Part shown: piece by piece, positions 30,538-41,138 of the stretch
Numbering within the stretch: the stretch's first letter is position 1
Layout: every line of letters begins with the position of its first letter
From: Candidatus Cloacimonadota bacterium
GTDB taxonomy: Bacteria; Cloacimonadota; Cloacimonadia; G963667145
Reading direction: 5' to 3'
Assembly: GCA_963667255.1 (NCBI GenBank)
Contig: OY762940.1
Location: 73,421-137,420, forward strand
Length of the DNA: 64,000 nt
Translations under genes and position numbers: made by a program
Notes under the pieces: generated by a model
The model's database searches: none
What the model was told of the DNA's origin: nothing
What the model saw: only the letters and a program-made list of their open reading frames with translations

Positions 30538-30542
30538 CTATT

Positions 30543-31784
30543 TTAAGCCTTATACCTTTTAAAAATTACAACTCCGTTATGTCCGCCGAAGCCGAGAGAA
30601 TTACTCAAAGCGACATTAATATCCAGCTCTTCCGCACCATTTGCTACATAATCCAAATCACACTCGGGGTCAGGATTTATGATATTAATAGTCGGATGAA
30701 CTTTCCCTGTTTCTATAGACTTGCAACACACTATCGCCTCAATAGCTGCAGCTCCACCCAGCGTGTGTCCAATCATAGATTTAGTGGAATTTATTTTCAA
30801 CTTCTTGGCATGACCACCAAAAACCGTCTTAATAGACTGCGTTTCAGAACTATCATTATACGGAGTGGAAGTTCCGTGAGCACTAATGTATTGCACCTCT
30901 TCCGGTGATACGCCGGCATCAGACAGGGCAGTTTGCATCGCTCTAACTCCACCTTCTCCACCTTCTGCTGGAGCGGTAATGTGATAAGCATCACAAGTTG
31001 CACCATAGCCGATGACTTCAGCATAAATCTTCGCACCTCTAGCCTTGGCGTGTTCCAACTCCTCAAAAACCAAAACACCTGCACCTTCTCCGATGATAAA
31101 TCCGTCCCGCTCTGCATCAAAAGGTCGGCATGCGGTTTTCACATCGTCGTTGCGAGTGGACAGTGCTTTCATCGAGCAAAATCCCGCAACTGACAACGGC
31201 GTAACAGCAGCCTCCGAGCCTCCGGTAACCACGATGTCGGCATCTCCGTATTGCAGAGCACGATAAGCCGAACCAAGAGCATGATTAGCGGATGCACACG
31301 CCGAAGAACAAGTAAAATTCGGACCTTTCAAACCAAATTTAATAGCAACACCGGCAGCCGCAGCATTAATAATCATCTTGGGAATGAACTGCGGAGACAC
31401 TCTTCTCGGCCCTTTCTCCAACAAAACCTTGGTTTCGTTTTCAAAGGTCTCCATTCCGCCGATACCACATCCCATAATGCAACCAGCTCTAAAAGAATCG
31501 AAATTCTCCTCAGCCAAATTGGCATCCTTCATCGCCTCTTCAGCAGCGACAAGCATATAAATGGAATAAGCGTCCAACTTTCTGGCCGACTTTTTATCCA
31601 AAACCTCTGCAGGATCAAAATTCTTAATCTCTCCAGCCATTTGTGCAGCAAAATCTTCAGGATCAAATTTAGTAATTCTATCTATACCATTGGTTCCCTT
31701 GAGCATAGCTTCCCAACTCTCCGAAACACTATGACCGACAGAATTAATCGTACCAAGACCTGTAACAACAACTCTCTTTTTCAT
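30543..31784 (-). CDS. fabF: 3-oxoacyl-ACP synthase II
   Basis: 413 aa. Active-site Cys context (NFTCSSACASANHAL). His-His motifs (HGTSTPYND, GHTLGGAA). Confidence 0.9.
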   Translation of the reverse strand: MKKRVVVTGLGTINSVGHSVSESWEAMLKGTNGIDRITKFDPEDFAAQMAGEIKNFDPAEVLDKKSARKLDAYSIYMLVAAEEAMKDANLAEENFDSFRAGCIMGCGIGGMETFENETKVLLEKGPRRVSPQFIPKMIINAAAAGVAIKFGLKGPNFTCSSACASANHALGSAYRALQYGDADIVVTGGSEAAVTPLSVAGFCSMKALSTRNDDVKTACRPFDAERDGFIIGEGAGVLVFEELEHAKARGAKIYAEVIGYGATCDAYHITAPAEGGEGGVRAMQTALSDAGVSPEEVQYISAHGTSTPYNDSSETQSIKTVFGGHAKKLKINSTKSMIGHTLGGAAAIEAIVCCKSIETGKVHPTINIINPDPECDLDYVANGAEELDINVALSNSLGFGGHNGVVIFKRYKA

Positions 31785-31885
31785 ACCAAATTAATTCTCC
31801 TTATAAAAAAATTACAAAAAAATAGTAGCTACTCCTTTGGTGCGAAAAACCATTTTCATTCCCAAAAAAATAGCTACTTAAAGTT

Positions 31886-32119
31886 TTAACCTAATTTCTC
31901 TTTGAGATATTCGATAGATTCTCCAACAGTTTTAAGCTTACCCGCATCTTCATCAGGAATCTCAATATCAAACTCTTCCTCAAATTTCATAATAAGCTCT
32001 ACTGTGTCGAGAGAATCTGCACCCAAATCGTCAATATAACTGGCAGAAGGGACAACCTCGGCAGCATCCACATCCAACTCATCCACGATAATATCTCTTA
32101 CTTTAGCTTCAATATCCAT
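31886..32119 (-). CDS. acpP: Acyl carrier protein
   Basis: 77 aa. Phosphopantetheine attachment motif DLGADSLD. Confidence 0.9.
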   Translation of the reverse strand: MDIEAKVRDIIVDELDVDAAEVVPSASYIDDLGADSLDTVELIMKFEEEFDIEIPDEDAGKLKTVGESIEYLKEKLG

Positions 32120-32157
32120 TTCCAGTCCTCCTAAATGGTTAACTTCTCTTATTTTTT

Positions 32158-32901
32158 TTATCTCATTACTATCCCACCATCAACATTGATGGTTTGACCA
32201 GTAATATATCTAGCTCTGTCACTCGATAGAAATAAACACAACTCCGCTACATCGTCCACAGACCCCAAGTATCCGAGGGGAATAGCAGACTTATAACCAC
32301 TTACAACCTCTTCCGGCAAACTTTCAGTCATCTCAGTTTGAATAAACCCCGGAGCAACAGCGTTACATCTGATACCACGAGAACATAGTTCCTTTGCCAC
32401 AGATTTACTGAAAGCGATAAGACCGCCTTTGCTTGCAGCATAGTTTGACTGTCCAATATTGCCCATAAGCCCTATCACAGAAGCGATATTAATGATAACG
32501 CCCGACTTCTGCTTCATCATTATTTTGCTGACCTTCTGCGTGCTGACAAAAGCACCCTTTAGGTTCACATCCATCACCATGTCCCAATCAGTCTCCTTCA
32601 TCCGCAACAAAAGAGCGTCTCTAGTAACTCCGGCATTATTTATCAAAATATCAACCGAACCAAACTGCCCCTTGACATCATCAAAAACCTTGCTCATACT
32701 CTCGCCATCGGTAACATCAGCTTTTTTGCCATCAACCGTGCCGAAAGATTTCAAAGAACAAATAGCCTTGTTTACAGCCTCTTCATCCACATCCACTATG
32801 AAAACCTTCGCTCCATTCGTAACAAAGAGTTTCGCTATACCAAGCCCTATCCCTCTGGCTGCACCTGTTATCACCGCTACTTTATCTTTCAACATCATCA
32901 C
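32158..32901 (-). CDS. fabG: 3-oxoacyl-ACP reductase
   Basis: 247 aa [11 protein letters not shown] cofactor motif. NNAG. YxxxK (YAASKGG). Confidence 0.9.
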   Translation of the reverse strand: MMMLKDKVAVITGAARGIGLGIAKLFVTNGAKVFIVDVDEEAVNKAICSLKSFGTVDGKKADVTDGESMSKVFDDVKGQFGSVDILINNAGVTRDALLLRMKETDWDMVMDVNLKGAFVSTQKVSKIMMKQKSGVIINIASVIGLMGNIGQSNYAASKGGLIAFSKSVAKELCSRGIRCNAVAPGFIQTEMTESLPEEVVSGYKSAIPLGYLGSVDDVAELCLFLSSDRARYITGQTINVDGGIVMR

Positions 32902-32902
32902 T

Positions 32903-33865
32903 CTATACTTCGTTCAATTTCGCCACAACTTCAGCGACATCTTCCATCTTAGCAACATTCAAAACTCTCGCTTTTTTGTCAGTCTTTTTTATCATTCCGC
33001 TGACGGCTTTGCCCGGACCAAACTCGATGAAAACATCAACACCTTCATCCAACATTTTTTCCACAGAAGATGTCCACAGCACAGCACCATCAACCTGCTT
33101 AATCAAATTATCCTTAATCTCTGCCACATCCGTATGCAACTTCGCATCCACATTACTGACTACTGGACAGACACTGTCATTAAACTCAATTTTGTCCAAC
33201 TCTTTTGCCAAATTTTCCGTTGCAGATCTCATCAAAGGACTATGAAACGCACAACTTACCGCCAAAGGAAGTGCTCTCTTCGCACCCGCAGATTTTGCAA
33301 GTTCAGCCACTTTTTGCATAGCCTCCCTATGACCAGAGACGACAACTTGCACAGGAGAATTAAAATTCGCAACCACCGCAATCTGCCCACCGACGCTTAC
33401 CTCTTCACAAATTTTCTCAACAACGCCTATCTCCAGCCCAATAATCGCACACATACCACCATTGCTACCTTCGCCGGCAGCAGCCATAAATTTGCCTCTC
33501 TTATGCACAAGAGACAATGCGTCTTCGATATTCAAAACACCCGAAGACACCAACGCTGAGAACTCGCCAAGTGAATGCCCTGCAACAAAATTCGGAACAA
33601 TATCCACTTCACGCAAAAGAGCCCTAAGAGCCAAGCAAGAATGGAACAAAACAGTAGGTTGAGTAAATTCCGTATGTGCCAATTTTTCCTCAGGTCCATT
33701 TTGCATAATGTCCAACAAATCGAACCCCACCTCTTGCGAAAAACTATCAGCAACCTTTCTCATTTCGCCATCTAAGGCGATAAAATCCATAGCCATCCCC
33801 ACATACTGAGAACCTTGACCAGGAAAAACAAAAGCTATTTTTTTATTTTTATACATAAAATTCAC
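32903..33865 (-). CDS. fabD: Malonyl-CoA:ACP transacylase
   Basis: 320 aa. Active-site GHSLGE. Conserved position in the fab cluster. Confidence 0.9.
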   Translation of the reverse strand: MNFMYKNKKIAFVFPGQGSQYVGMAMDFIALDGEMRKVADSFSQEVGFDLLDIMQNGPEEKLAHTEFTQPTVLFHSCLALRALLREVDIVPNFVAGHSLGEFSALVSSGVLNIEDALSLVHKRGKFMAAAGEGSNGGMCAIIGLEIGVVEKICEEVSVGGQIAVVANFNSPVQVVVSGHREAMQKVAELAKSAGAKRALPLAVSCAFHSPLMRSATENLAKELDKIEFNDSVCPVVSNVDAKLHTDVAEIKDNLIKQVDGAVLWTSSVEKMLDEGVDVFIEFGPGKAVSGMIKKTDKKARVLNVAKMEDVAEVVAKLNEV

Positions 33866-33913
33866 CCCTCAAAAGAAACATTTCAACATTCCTCACAACG
33901 AGCATTAATATTA

Positions 33914-34963
33914 TCAAGAACATAAAGACCAATATCTTTTAATCCTATTTGAAATCTTGTCGTTTTTTTTGCCACTATACTCAAAGAAATCTCTGCAATA
34001 ACGAACAATTCCCGATTCGGCAGTTTGTGCCGCAAATCTGATACCACCAGCAATCGCATCCTCACTGCTGGAACCATGCCCAACTACGGTAATTCCCTTG
34101 AGACCAAGCAACAAAGCTCCACCGTAAACAGACGGGTCCATCTCCTTTTTGAACAAAGAAAAAACGGAACTCATAAACAAAACACCCACTTTAGCCCACA
34201 AACTCTTTTTGATTCCGCTTTTAAGCTTCTTGAGTATGAACTTGCTCGTTCCCTCGACAGACTTCAAGAAAATATTTCCCGTAAACCCATCACAGACAAT
34301 CACATCCACATCTCCATACACAGCAGACGGTTCCACATTGCCGATGAAATTCACGCTTTTCTCTTTTACCAAACTGTCATGCACCTTGACATAAAGTTGC
34401 GAGCCCTTGGTGTCTTCCTCGCCGATATTCAACAAACCAACCTTGGGACGGTCTATATCGTAATAAAAATGAGAGTACAGACTTCCCATTTGAGCAAATT
34501 GCACCAAAACATCAGCTTTGCAATCAGCGTTTGCACCCACATCCAAAACAATCTTCGGTCTATCCACTCCAGGGAATAGCGTAGCAATAGCGGGACGAGC
34601 AATACCTTTAATCCTACCATAATTAAGCAAGGAAGCCGCCATCACGGCACCAGTATTGCCTGCAGAAAAAACAGCATCTACTTCATTCTGAGTGGACAAC
34701 TCCAAAGCTTTTACCAAGGACGAGTCCTTCTTCTTGCGAACCGCTCTAGCACCTTTGTCTTCCATAGTGATAACCTCGCGGGCATCCACTACTTCTATCT
34801 TACTTTTATCATAAGTGTACTTGCTTAGTTCACTCTCGATTTCCTCTTGCCTGCCCACCAGCACTATCTTTCCGCAAAATCCTCTCTCAAGAGCACGAAC
34901 ACTACCGGCGACCTCACAAGCAGGAGCAAAATCTCCGCCAAAAGCATCTACAGCTATTTTCAT
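33914..34963 (-). CDS. plsX: Phosphate acyltransferase PlsX
   Basis: 349 aa. MKIAVDAFGGD N-terminus typical of PlsX. Adjacent to rpmF. Confidence 0.9.
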   Translation of the reverse strand: MKIAVDAFGGDFAPACEVAGSVRALERGFCGKIVLVGRQEEIESELSKYTYDKSKIEVVDAREVITMEDKGARAVRKKKDSSLVKALELSTQNEVDAVFSAGNTGAVMAASLLNYGRIKGIARPAIATLFPGVDRPKIVLDVGANADCKADVLVQFAQMGSLYSHFYYDIDRPKVGLLNIGEEDTKGSQLYVKVHDSLVKEKSVNFIGNVEPSAVYGDVDVIVCDGFTGNIFLKSVEGTSKFILKKLKSGIKKSLWAKVGVLFMSSVFSLFKKEMDPSVYGGALLLGLKGITVVGHGSSSEDAIAGGIRFAAQTAESGIVRYCRDFFEYSGKKNDKISNRIKRYWSLCS

Positions 34964-34969
34964 AAATTT

Positions 34970-35155
34970 CTATTGTGCGTCAGAAACCTCTACGACCTCT
35001 TTGCCACCATAGTAACCACAACTAGTACAAAGGTGATGAGGTCTTACGGTAGCACCACAATTAGAACATTCAGAAACTCCAGGCAACACAGCCTTAAAAT
35101 GAGTTCTTCTTTTTCTCTTCCTTTGTTTGGAAGTTTTTCTTTTTGGTACAGCCAT
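34970..35155 (-). CDS. rpmF: 50S ribosomal protein L32
   Basis: 61 aa. [18 protein letters not shown]-terminus and Cys-rich zinc ribbon (CSNCG...CTSCG). Confidence 0.85.
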   Translation of the reverse strand: MAVPKRKTSKQRKRKRRTHFKAVLPGVSECSNCGATVRPHHLCTSCGYYGGKEVVEVSDAQ

Positions 35156-35262
35156 TTAAATCTCCTAAAATTTAACATTCTCTAAGTTTGCAAATTTTTC
35201 TCACCCGAATATATGTCAAGTTAAATAGGTGGCAAAAAAGTTAGAAATCCCCTAAAAACTTA

Positions 35263-36546
35263 CTACAATTTATACTCAAATCCCAACGCAAAAATATTGT
35301 TCAACTTGCTATACTTGGTAGAAACAGAGCCACCAATTAAACCAGTTTCATCTTTATAATCATTAAGCATATAGGATATATTCACACCAAATTTTTCTGT
35401 AAACTTGTAGCCACCGCCGCAAGCGTAAGAGTTACAATCTAATGGAGGACTCATTTGCTCTACAAGAGTATAATCATTTGCAGGTAAGCCATTTTCAGTT
35501 CTCATATAGCCGATAGTTCCCCAAATTCTCTCGGAAAAATTGTATTTTGCAGAGAAAGCCAAATCGTAAGAATTATCAGTAACCTTATCTGCAACATTAT
35601 ATTTATTAAGATTGCTATCGTAATTGTCCCAAGTAGCATTTTTGTCGAAATAGTAAGTAAGAGAAGTAGCAAAACTCAATTTATCGTTCACCTCATAATT
35701 TGCACCAAATCCAAGAAGTGCAGGCAAATCACGACGATTTTTGTCACCATCTTTTTTGCCTTGACTAGACAAAACACTTTTGCCAAGAGTATTCGATTTA
35801 TCGTCCAATTCGAAATCAAGATTTACTTGACTCTCATAACGAAGAGCAAATCGCAATGGTTTGAAAGGAACATAATCAACACTGGCAACTCCACCAAAAC
35901 CACTGGCAGTTTCTCCATAATCTAAAGAAACAGCACCAGCAGCAGAAGTCATACTTGCTTCTACACTCTTATCTGCATAAACATATCTCGCACCCAAAGC
36001 CACGGAAACTTGGTCAGTTACTTGATAAGCACCACCAGTAGTGAAAGTATAATAAACACTATTAGCTTTTACTTTATCATCACTAAAATTAACACTGAGT
36101 GTCCCGCCATTAAGTTTTGTAGCTAAACTTGTTCCTAAAGCAAAAGTTGTAGCATTACCATCTTTGTAATCTACCGTTCCACCGCCACCATTCGTAGTGA
36201 AGCAGCCAAAAAATCCCCAATCGTTCTTCTTATAAGTTGCAAAAGCGTTAGGAATTGTCGAAGGAGTATTTTGCTCCTTTGTGACCTCTTTGCCAACTCT
36301 CGCGTCTGTGTAGGTATGCTCATAAGTTTTTAAAATATATTGGCAATCAACACTAAAATCCCAGCCTTCATAACCAAACATAATTCCAGCGGGGTTAAAT
36401 GCCGCAATATCCGGTGCATCCACGGCTGCGTTTCTGGTCGGCTCCCCTATATAGCGTGAACCAAGATTTTGCTTATTATCGATACCTCCGGCAACCAATT
36501 GCCCCACTACCATCGTTCCCAAAACCAACATTAATATTCTTTTCAT
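35263..36546 (-). CDS. Outer-membrane beta-barrel protein, possibly a FadL/TodX-like transport family member
   Basis: 427 aa. Signal peptide. Alternating beta-strand pattern. C-terminal FEYKL. Family assignment is tentative. Confidence 0.45.
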   Translation of the reverse strand: MKRILMLVLGTMVVGQLVAGGIDNKQNLGSRYIGEPTRNAAVDAPDIAAFNPAGIMFGYEGWDFSVDCQYILKTYEHTYTDARVGKEVTKEQNTPSTIPNAFATYKKNDWGFFGCFTTNGGGGTVDYKDGNATTFALGTSLATKLNGGTLSVNFSDDKVKANSVYYTFTTGGAYQVTDQVSVALGARYVYADKSVEASMTSAAGAVSLDYGETASGFGGVASVDYVPFKPLRFALRYESQVNLDFELDDKSNTLGKSVLSSQGKKDGDKNRRDLPALLGFGANYEVNDKLSFATSLTYYFDKNATWDNYDSNLNKYNVADKVTDNSYDLAFSAKYNFSERIWGTIGYMRTENGLPANDYTLVEQMSPPLDCNSYACGGGYKFTEKFGVNISYMLNDYKDETGLIGGSVSTKYSKLNNIFALGFEYKL

Positions 36547-36845
36547 TTTTTCTCCTCTTAATTTCGTCGAACCAATTTCAACTAATTATTTCGAAGTCAG
36601 ACTTTTTTTTCGGAAACAAATGTCAAAACCAAAGAGATTAAAAAACGAAAACAAACCTATGGGTAGGTTTTAGATTATATTTGAGAGAGATACAACTATT
36701 CCAAAGTTAGCTATTTGTTTAATTTTTAATAAATTAGCCTTTGAACACTTGACCAAAAAAAAGCTCTCCCACCCTATTTCGAGTGAAAGAGCTAATATAA
36801 AATTTCCAGTTTAGCTTGAGAGCTAACTATCCATTTGTAAGAACG

Positions 36846-37181
36846 CTAAAGCGTAAATTGGTGCAATCCAACTTGATTGAATTGAACAATGTTTTCCTCA
36901 ACCGACCCAATTACGCCTTTGTAAACCTTGATTTTTGCCTCGTTAAATTTCTTCAATGCACCTTTGCTAATCCCACCAACCACTACGGCATCAATTTTGT
37001 TTTCCACAAACGAAGCCATCGGATCGTATCCGTCATGGTCGGAATTTATATGTTTGTTCTCCACAGTTATAAAACCTTTTGTGCTATCATCATAGACCAC
37101 AAAAAAAGGTGCAGCGACACAACTGTCCAGCACCTTACTTTTTTCAGCGTTACCGCCGTCTACAGGGAAACAAATTTTCAT
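36846..37181 (-). CDS. Dinitrogenase FeMo-cofactor-binding domain protein (NifX/NifB C-terminal-like)
   Basis: 111 aa. MKICFPVDGG...VVVGGISKGALKKF pattern typical of the NifX/NafY-like small proteins. Confidence 0.6.
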   Translation of the reverse strand: MKICFPVDGGNAEKSKVLDSCVAAPFFVVYDDSTKGFITVENKHINSDHDGYDPMASFVENKIDAVVVGGISKGALKKFNEAKIKVYKGVIGSVEENIVQFNQVGLHQFTL

Positions 37182-37367
37182 CGCAATATCCTCCTTGGAA
37201 TTTAATCGGAATCAGATTAATAAACAAAATTTAGTAGCTCCAAAAATAAAGTCAAGAAAAAAGGTTTGCACTTTAAAACTATCCGCTAAATATTGAAAGT
37301 CAACAGATGGCAAAACAATTTTTGGAAATTATCAGACAATTAATTAACCTCGGAATAAGGAGAAAAA

Positions 37368-37697
37368 ATGAAATGGATTTTACTGTCTATCGGAATAGTC
37401 GCAGAACTTCTGGGCTCAACTTGCATGAAAATGTCGCTCGGTTTCACAAAATTATCCCCCTCAATATTCACATTCGTTTTTTGGGCAATTGGTCTTACAG
37501 TTTTTTTGTTCGCATTGAAACAGTTTGACCTGAGTTTTGCCTATGCTATATGGGCAGGTTTGGGAATCTTGGGTGTATCCTTGATAGGAATTTTCGTCTT
37601 CAAAGAACCATGCAACACTCTGAAAATAGTCTCAATCCTATTAATCGTAATCGGAGTGATTACCCTAAACATCAGCGATATTTTGATGAGAAAATAG
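37368..37697 (+). CDS. Small multidrug resistance (SMR/EmrE/SugE-family) efflux protein
   Basis: 109 aa with four TM helices. SMR signature around the conserved Glu in TM1 (ELLGSTCMK). Its 3' 162 bp is duplicated at 41199..41360. Confidence 0.8.
   Translation: MKWILLSIGIVAELLGSTCMKMSLGFTKLSPSIFTFVFWAIGLTVFLFALKQFDLSFAYAIWAGLGILGVSLIGIFVFKEPCNTLKIVSILLIVIGVITLNISDILMRK
37536..37697. repeat. Direct repeat copy 1 (3' 162 bp of the SMR gene, including the stop)
   Basis: Near-identical (3 substitutions) to 41199..41360. Confidence 0.85.
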
Positions 37698-37703
37698 TTT
37701 TCT

Positions 37704-38837
37704 TTACTTTTTCAAACCGTGTCCGGTAAAAACTGAAACAATGGTCTCGTCGCCTCTATCGCCATCTTCCAAATATTTCTCCACTCCGGCATATGCTGCC
37801 ACTGCGGTCGGTTCTACATAAATCCCCATTTTTTTTACTCGTCCCCATACATCTGCCAAAAGCCGCTCAGAAACAGTTACGAAACATCCTCCACTATCTT
37901 TAACAGCTTGCAAAATTTGCTGACATCTGATGGGCTTACTTATTGCTATTCCCTCTGCCAGAGTATCACTAACTTTGGCAACCAATAAATTCCCTTCTCC
38001 ATTTCCAAAGCTCTTAGCCAAGGGTGCACAATTCTCTGCCTGCACTCCTACAATCTTTGGTAATTTGCTGATAACTCCACCAGCCAACAACTGCTGAAAT
38101 CCCAAATAAGCACCCAAAAGCAGTGTGCCATTACCAACAGGTAAAACCACTGTATCAGGAGCAACCCAACCCAATTGCTCACTAACCTCAAAAGCAAAAG
38201 TCTTAGTCCCTTCAAAAAAATAAGGATTGTAGCTATGGCTCGCATAATAGCTATCATGAGCCAACTCCAGTGCCTTATCAGCAACATCTTGCCGACTTCC
38301 CTCTATAGCCAATAACTCGGCTCCCACTTGAGAAATCTGTTTTAGTTTGCTAAGAGAATTAGATGCTGGAACTAAAATCTTGCTTTTTATTCCAGCTTTT
38401 GCACAATAAGCGGCTATCGCAGCTCCAGCATTACCGGAAGAATCCTCAATCACTTGCTTGATTCCCAACTCTTTTATCTTGCTAACCAAAACTGTCGCTC
38501 CTCTGTCTTTGTAAGAGCCACTGGGAAAAATATGGTCGAATTTGAATAGAATATCTTTGCCTTTCACACAAATTTTTTGCAAAGATGTAAATCCCTCGCC
38601 AAAGCTAACTCTATTTTCAAAAGACACTGGTAATACATGATGATACCGCCACAAGCTGTTCTCATTTTTATCAACTTTCCCCACATCAAAAACAATATCA
38701 CTTACACAATCCAACAATCCACCACATTCACAACACCATACGGATTGAGTTTCCTCATATCTTCTGCCACATTCATTACAAATCAAATGTCCCAATTGCC
38801 TACCTCCTTCACTACTTTTTGAGCAAGAATAACGCAT
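37704..38837 (-). CDS. Threonine-synthase-like PLP-dependent enzyme with N-terminal zinc ribbon
   Basis: 377 aa. N-terminal CNECG...CCECGG zinc ribbon. PLP-lysine motif FPSGSYKDRGATV. Fold-type II PLP enzyme. Confidence 0.7.
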   Translation of the reverse strand: MRYSCSKSSEGGRQLGHLICNECGRRYEETQSVWCCECGGLLDCVSDIVFDVGKVDKNENSLWRYHHVLPVSFENRVSFGEGFTSLQKICVKGKDILFKFDHIFPSGSYKDRGATVLVSKIKELGIKQVIEDSSGNAGAAIAAYCAKAGIKSKILVPASNSLSKLKQISQVGAELLAIEGSRQDVADKALELAHDSYYASHSYNPYFFEGTKTFAFEVSEQLGWVAPDTVVLPVGNGTLLLGAYLGFQQLLAGGVISKLPKIVGVQAENCAPLAKSFGNGEGNLLVAKVSDTLAEGIAISKPIRCQQILQAVKDSGGCFVTVSERLLADVWGRVKKMGIYVEPTAVAAYAGVEKYLEDGDRGDETIVSVFTGHGLKK

Positions 38838-39514
38838 GGGTCTAACAAACTCACATCAAAATCTTTCTGTTGCATCGCCAAAGGAATCTCTGTACACCCC
38901 ATGATAATAGCTTCAGCACCTTTTTCAATCAAATCATGAGCAACACTATCCAGTCTATCTTTTGCCCAAGAAAAATCGCCACCGCTTTTTATTCCCTTTT
39001 CTCCATCATAAATAGCAGAGCTAACCAGATTTTTACCAAAATCATCAGGCAAAAGCAACTCTCCACAATCAAGCTGCGAAAAATAGTCCGCATAAACTCC
39101 ACTGCCATAAGTTCCATGAGTTGACAACAATCCTACTTTTCGCAAATTAAGATTTTTAATCTCCAAGCAAGTTTGCTCAACAAGATTCAAAAATGTTACA
39201 TCTTTATCCTGCAAAAAATCCAAAACAGGCGATAAAATAGGAGCAGAGTGGGCAGTATTGCAAGGAATGGTTAAAATCTTCGCTCCTATTTGCAATAACT
39301 TCTCCATAACATAAATAATCCCGTAGGCAGGATTCGGCAAATTCCTGTCTTGCAGATACGCACTGCGATCCCCAATCTTTTCCGAAGCAGAAATATGATA
39401 TATCTCCAAATGCTCTTGGTCTGTGCCAGCCTTAGTAGCTTCTATAATTTTTCGGTGAAAATCAACTCCGGCTAATGGACCTACACCACCAACTATCCCA
39501 ATAATTTTGCCCAT
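38783..39514 (-). CDS. Aspartate/glutamate racemase family protein
   Basis: 243 aa. N-terminal IGIVGGVGPLAG and a second catalytic-Cys region (IMGCTEIPL), typical of Asp/Glu/hydantoin racemases. Confidence 0.75.
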   Translation of the reverse strand: MGKIIGIVGGVGPLAGVDFHRKIIEATKAGTDQEHLEIYHISASEKIGDRSAYLQDRNLPNPAYGIIYVMEKLLQIGAKILTIPCNTAHSAPILSPVLDFLQDKDVTFLNLVEQTCLEIKNLNLRKVGLLSTHGTYGSGVYADYFSQLDCGELLLPDDFGKNLVSSAIYDGEKGIKSGGDFSWAKDRLDSVAHDLIEKGAEAIIMGCTEIPLAMQQKDFDVSLLDPCVILAQKVVKEVGNWDI

Positions 39515-39592
39515 AGATTCTCCTTACAAATACTATATATAAAGAGTGCCGCTCTCGGTATTCCAAAAACGACACTCAAAATTTGATTTTTT

Positions 39593-40876
39593 CTATTTCC
39601 ACTTATCCATATCAAGCAAGCCTTCACTTTTGGCAATAACAGTTGAGCAAGTCATATCTCCAGTTACATTGATACAAGTACGACCCATATCCAAAATAGC
39701 ATCAATACCCAAAATCATAGCGTAAGCAGCAGCCACAGGCGAACCAGCCTCAAGAGGCATGCCAATAGATTCCAAAACAAGCATAAGCATAATAGCACCT
39801 GCTCCGGGAACTCCTGCTGTTCCTATAGATGCCAAAACTGCCGTAACGATTACTGTGATTTGAGCACCCAAACTCAAAGGGAGCCCAACAGCAAAACCGA
39901 TAAACATCGCACAAACACCTTGATAAATTGCCGTTCCATCCATGTTAATGGTAGCACCGAGTGGCAAAGAGAACGAATAAACATCTTTGTGAATGCCCAG
40001 TTCTTCCTCAGCAGTTTTCATAGAAACAGGCAAAGTGCCACTACTGCTACGAGTAACAAAAGCAGTAATCATTGGAGCTTTTATTTTCCCCAATAATTTA
40101 ATCGGTTGTAGACCGGCAAATTTTGCAATAAGAGTATAGACTATAACTACTTGCAAAATATAGCCAATAAACGCAGCCAAAGTTACAGTTCCCAAAGGAC
40201 CAACAGCTTTCAGACCTTGTTTGCCGAAAACAACAGCAATAAGAGCAAAAACTCCGATAGGTGCGTATTGCATAACCCAACGAACTATGAGATACATAAC
40301 CTCAGCAGCAGCATCAAAAACATTGAACAAAGTCTCTCCGGCTTTTTTAATCCGCTCGTCTTTACTAATCTTGAGGTATGACAAAGCTATACCGAAAATG
40401 ATAGCAAAAAAGATTGAAGGCAAAATTTTGCCCGAAACAATACAATCAAGTGGATTTTGGGGAATAATATTCAAGAAAGTATCAGCTAAACTCGGAGCGT
40501 TAGCAACTTTGCCGGCAGCTCCACCGATATTACCAAGATTAAGCCCCAATCCGGGTTTAAAAAGATTCCCCATTACAAGTCCAACAGCTACGGCAAAAGC
40601 ACTGGTTATCAGATAAAAAACCACAGCCTTAATTCCGATTTTGCCCAATTTGGCAGGACTAATACTAGCTGCCCCAACTACCAAAGTGCTCAAAACAACA
40701 GGCATAACTATCATCTTGAGAAGTCTCACAAAAATATCTCCAAGTGGTTTTAACCAAGAGATACTCTCACCACCTGCGAGACCGACAATGGCACCTAGAA
40801 TAAGCCCCAATAAAATTCTTACCAGCAAATTTGATTTAAAATACCAATCAAACATACCACTTTTTGATTCAGACAT
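39593..40876 (-). CDS. Dicarboxylate/amino acid:cation symporter (DAACS family, GltP/SstT-like)
   Basis: 427 aa. Polytopic. Conserved DAACS motifs (SSSGTLPV, AxxNMDGTA). Confidence 0.85.
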   Translation of the reverse strand: MSESKSGMFDWYFKSNLLVRILLGLILGAIVGLAGGESISWLKPLGDIFVRLLKMIVMPVVLSTLVVGAASISPAKLGKIGIKAVVFYLITSAFAVAVGLVMGNLFKPGLGLNLGNIGGAAGKVANAPSLADTFLNIIPQNPLDCIVSGKILPSIFFAIIFGIALSYLKISKDERIKKAGETLFNVFDAAAEVMYLIVRWVMQYAPIGVFALIAVVFGKQGLKAVGPLGTVTLAAFIGYILQVVIVYTLIAKFAGLQPIKLLGKIKAPMITAFVTRSSSGTLPVSMKTAEEELGIHKDVYSFSLPLGATINMDGTAIYQGVCAMFIGFAVGLPLSLGAQITVIVTAVLASIGTAGVPGAGAIMLMLVLESIGMPLEAGSPVAAAYAMILGIDAILDMGRTCINVTGDMTCSTVIAKSEGLLDMDKWK

Positions 40877-41138
40877 TTTAAATTCCTCCTTACTTTTTCA
40901 TTGTCTCGAAATAACAAATCAAAATTTTTATTGTCAAGTGAAAAGAAGACTAAAATAGCTTTCTATTCTCTATTGACCATATTTTGAGAAAAGTAAAAAA
41001 AATCATAAAATTTATGCTTTTGCCACTGGTAAATCCTGCGGGTTACATTCAATTGAATAATTTAAAAGATATTCCCGAAAAATGAGAAGCTACAAATCAC
41101 CAAAGAAATGGAAAGGTTTGTCAACGAAGTCGGCTTAG

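Noticed and set aside
31785-31885. Repeated GTAGCTACT words between acpP and fabF looked like an attenuator or hairpin.
   Set aside because: They form only short imperfect stems. This is ordinary intergenic sequence in an AT-rich genome, so it is not reported.
1289-34579. Numerous >100-aa antisense ORFs inside mutL, xerC, arcC, the 7848-9326 PLP gene, ctp, uvrC, nnr, fabF, fabD, plsX and others.
   Set aside because: These are shadow ORFs typical of long genes. The sense-strand products have clear family motifs.
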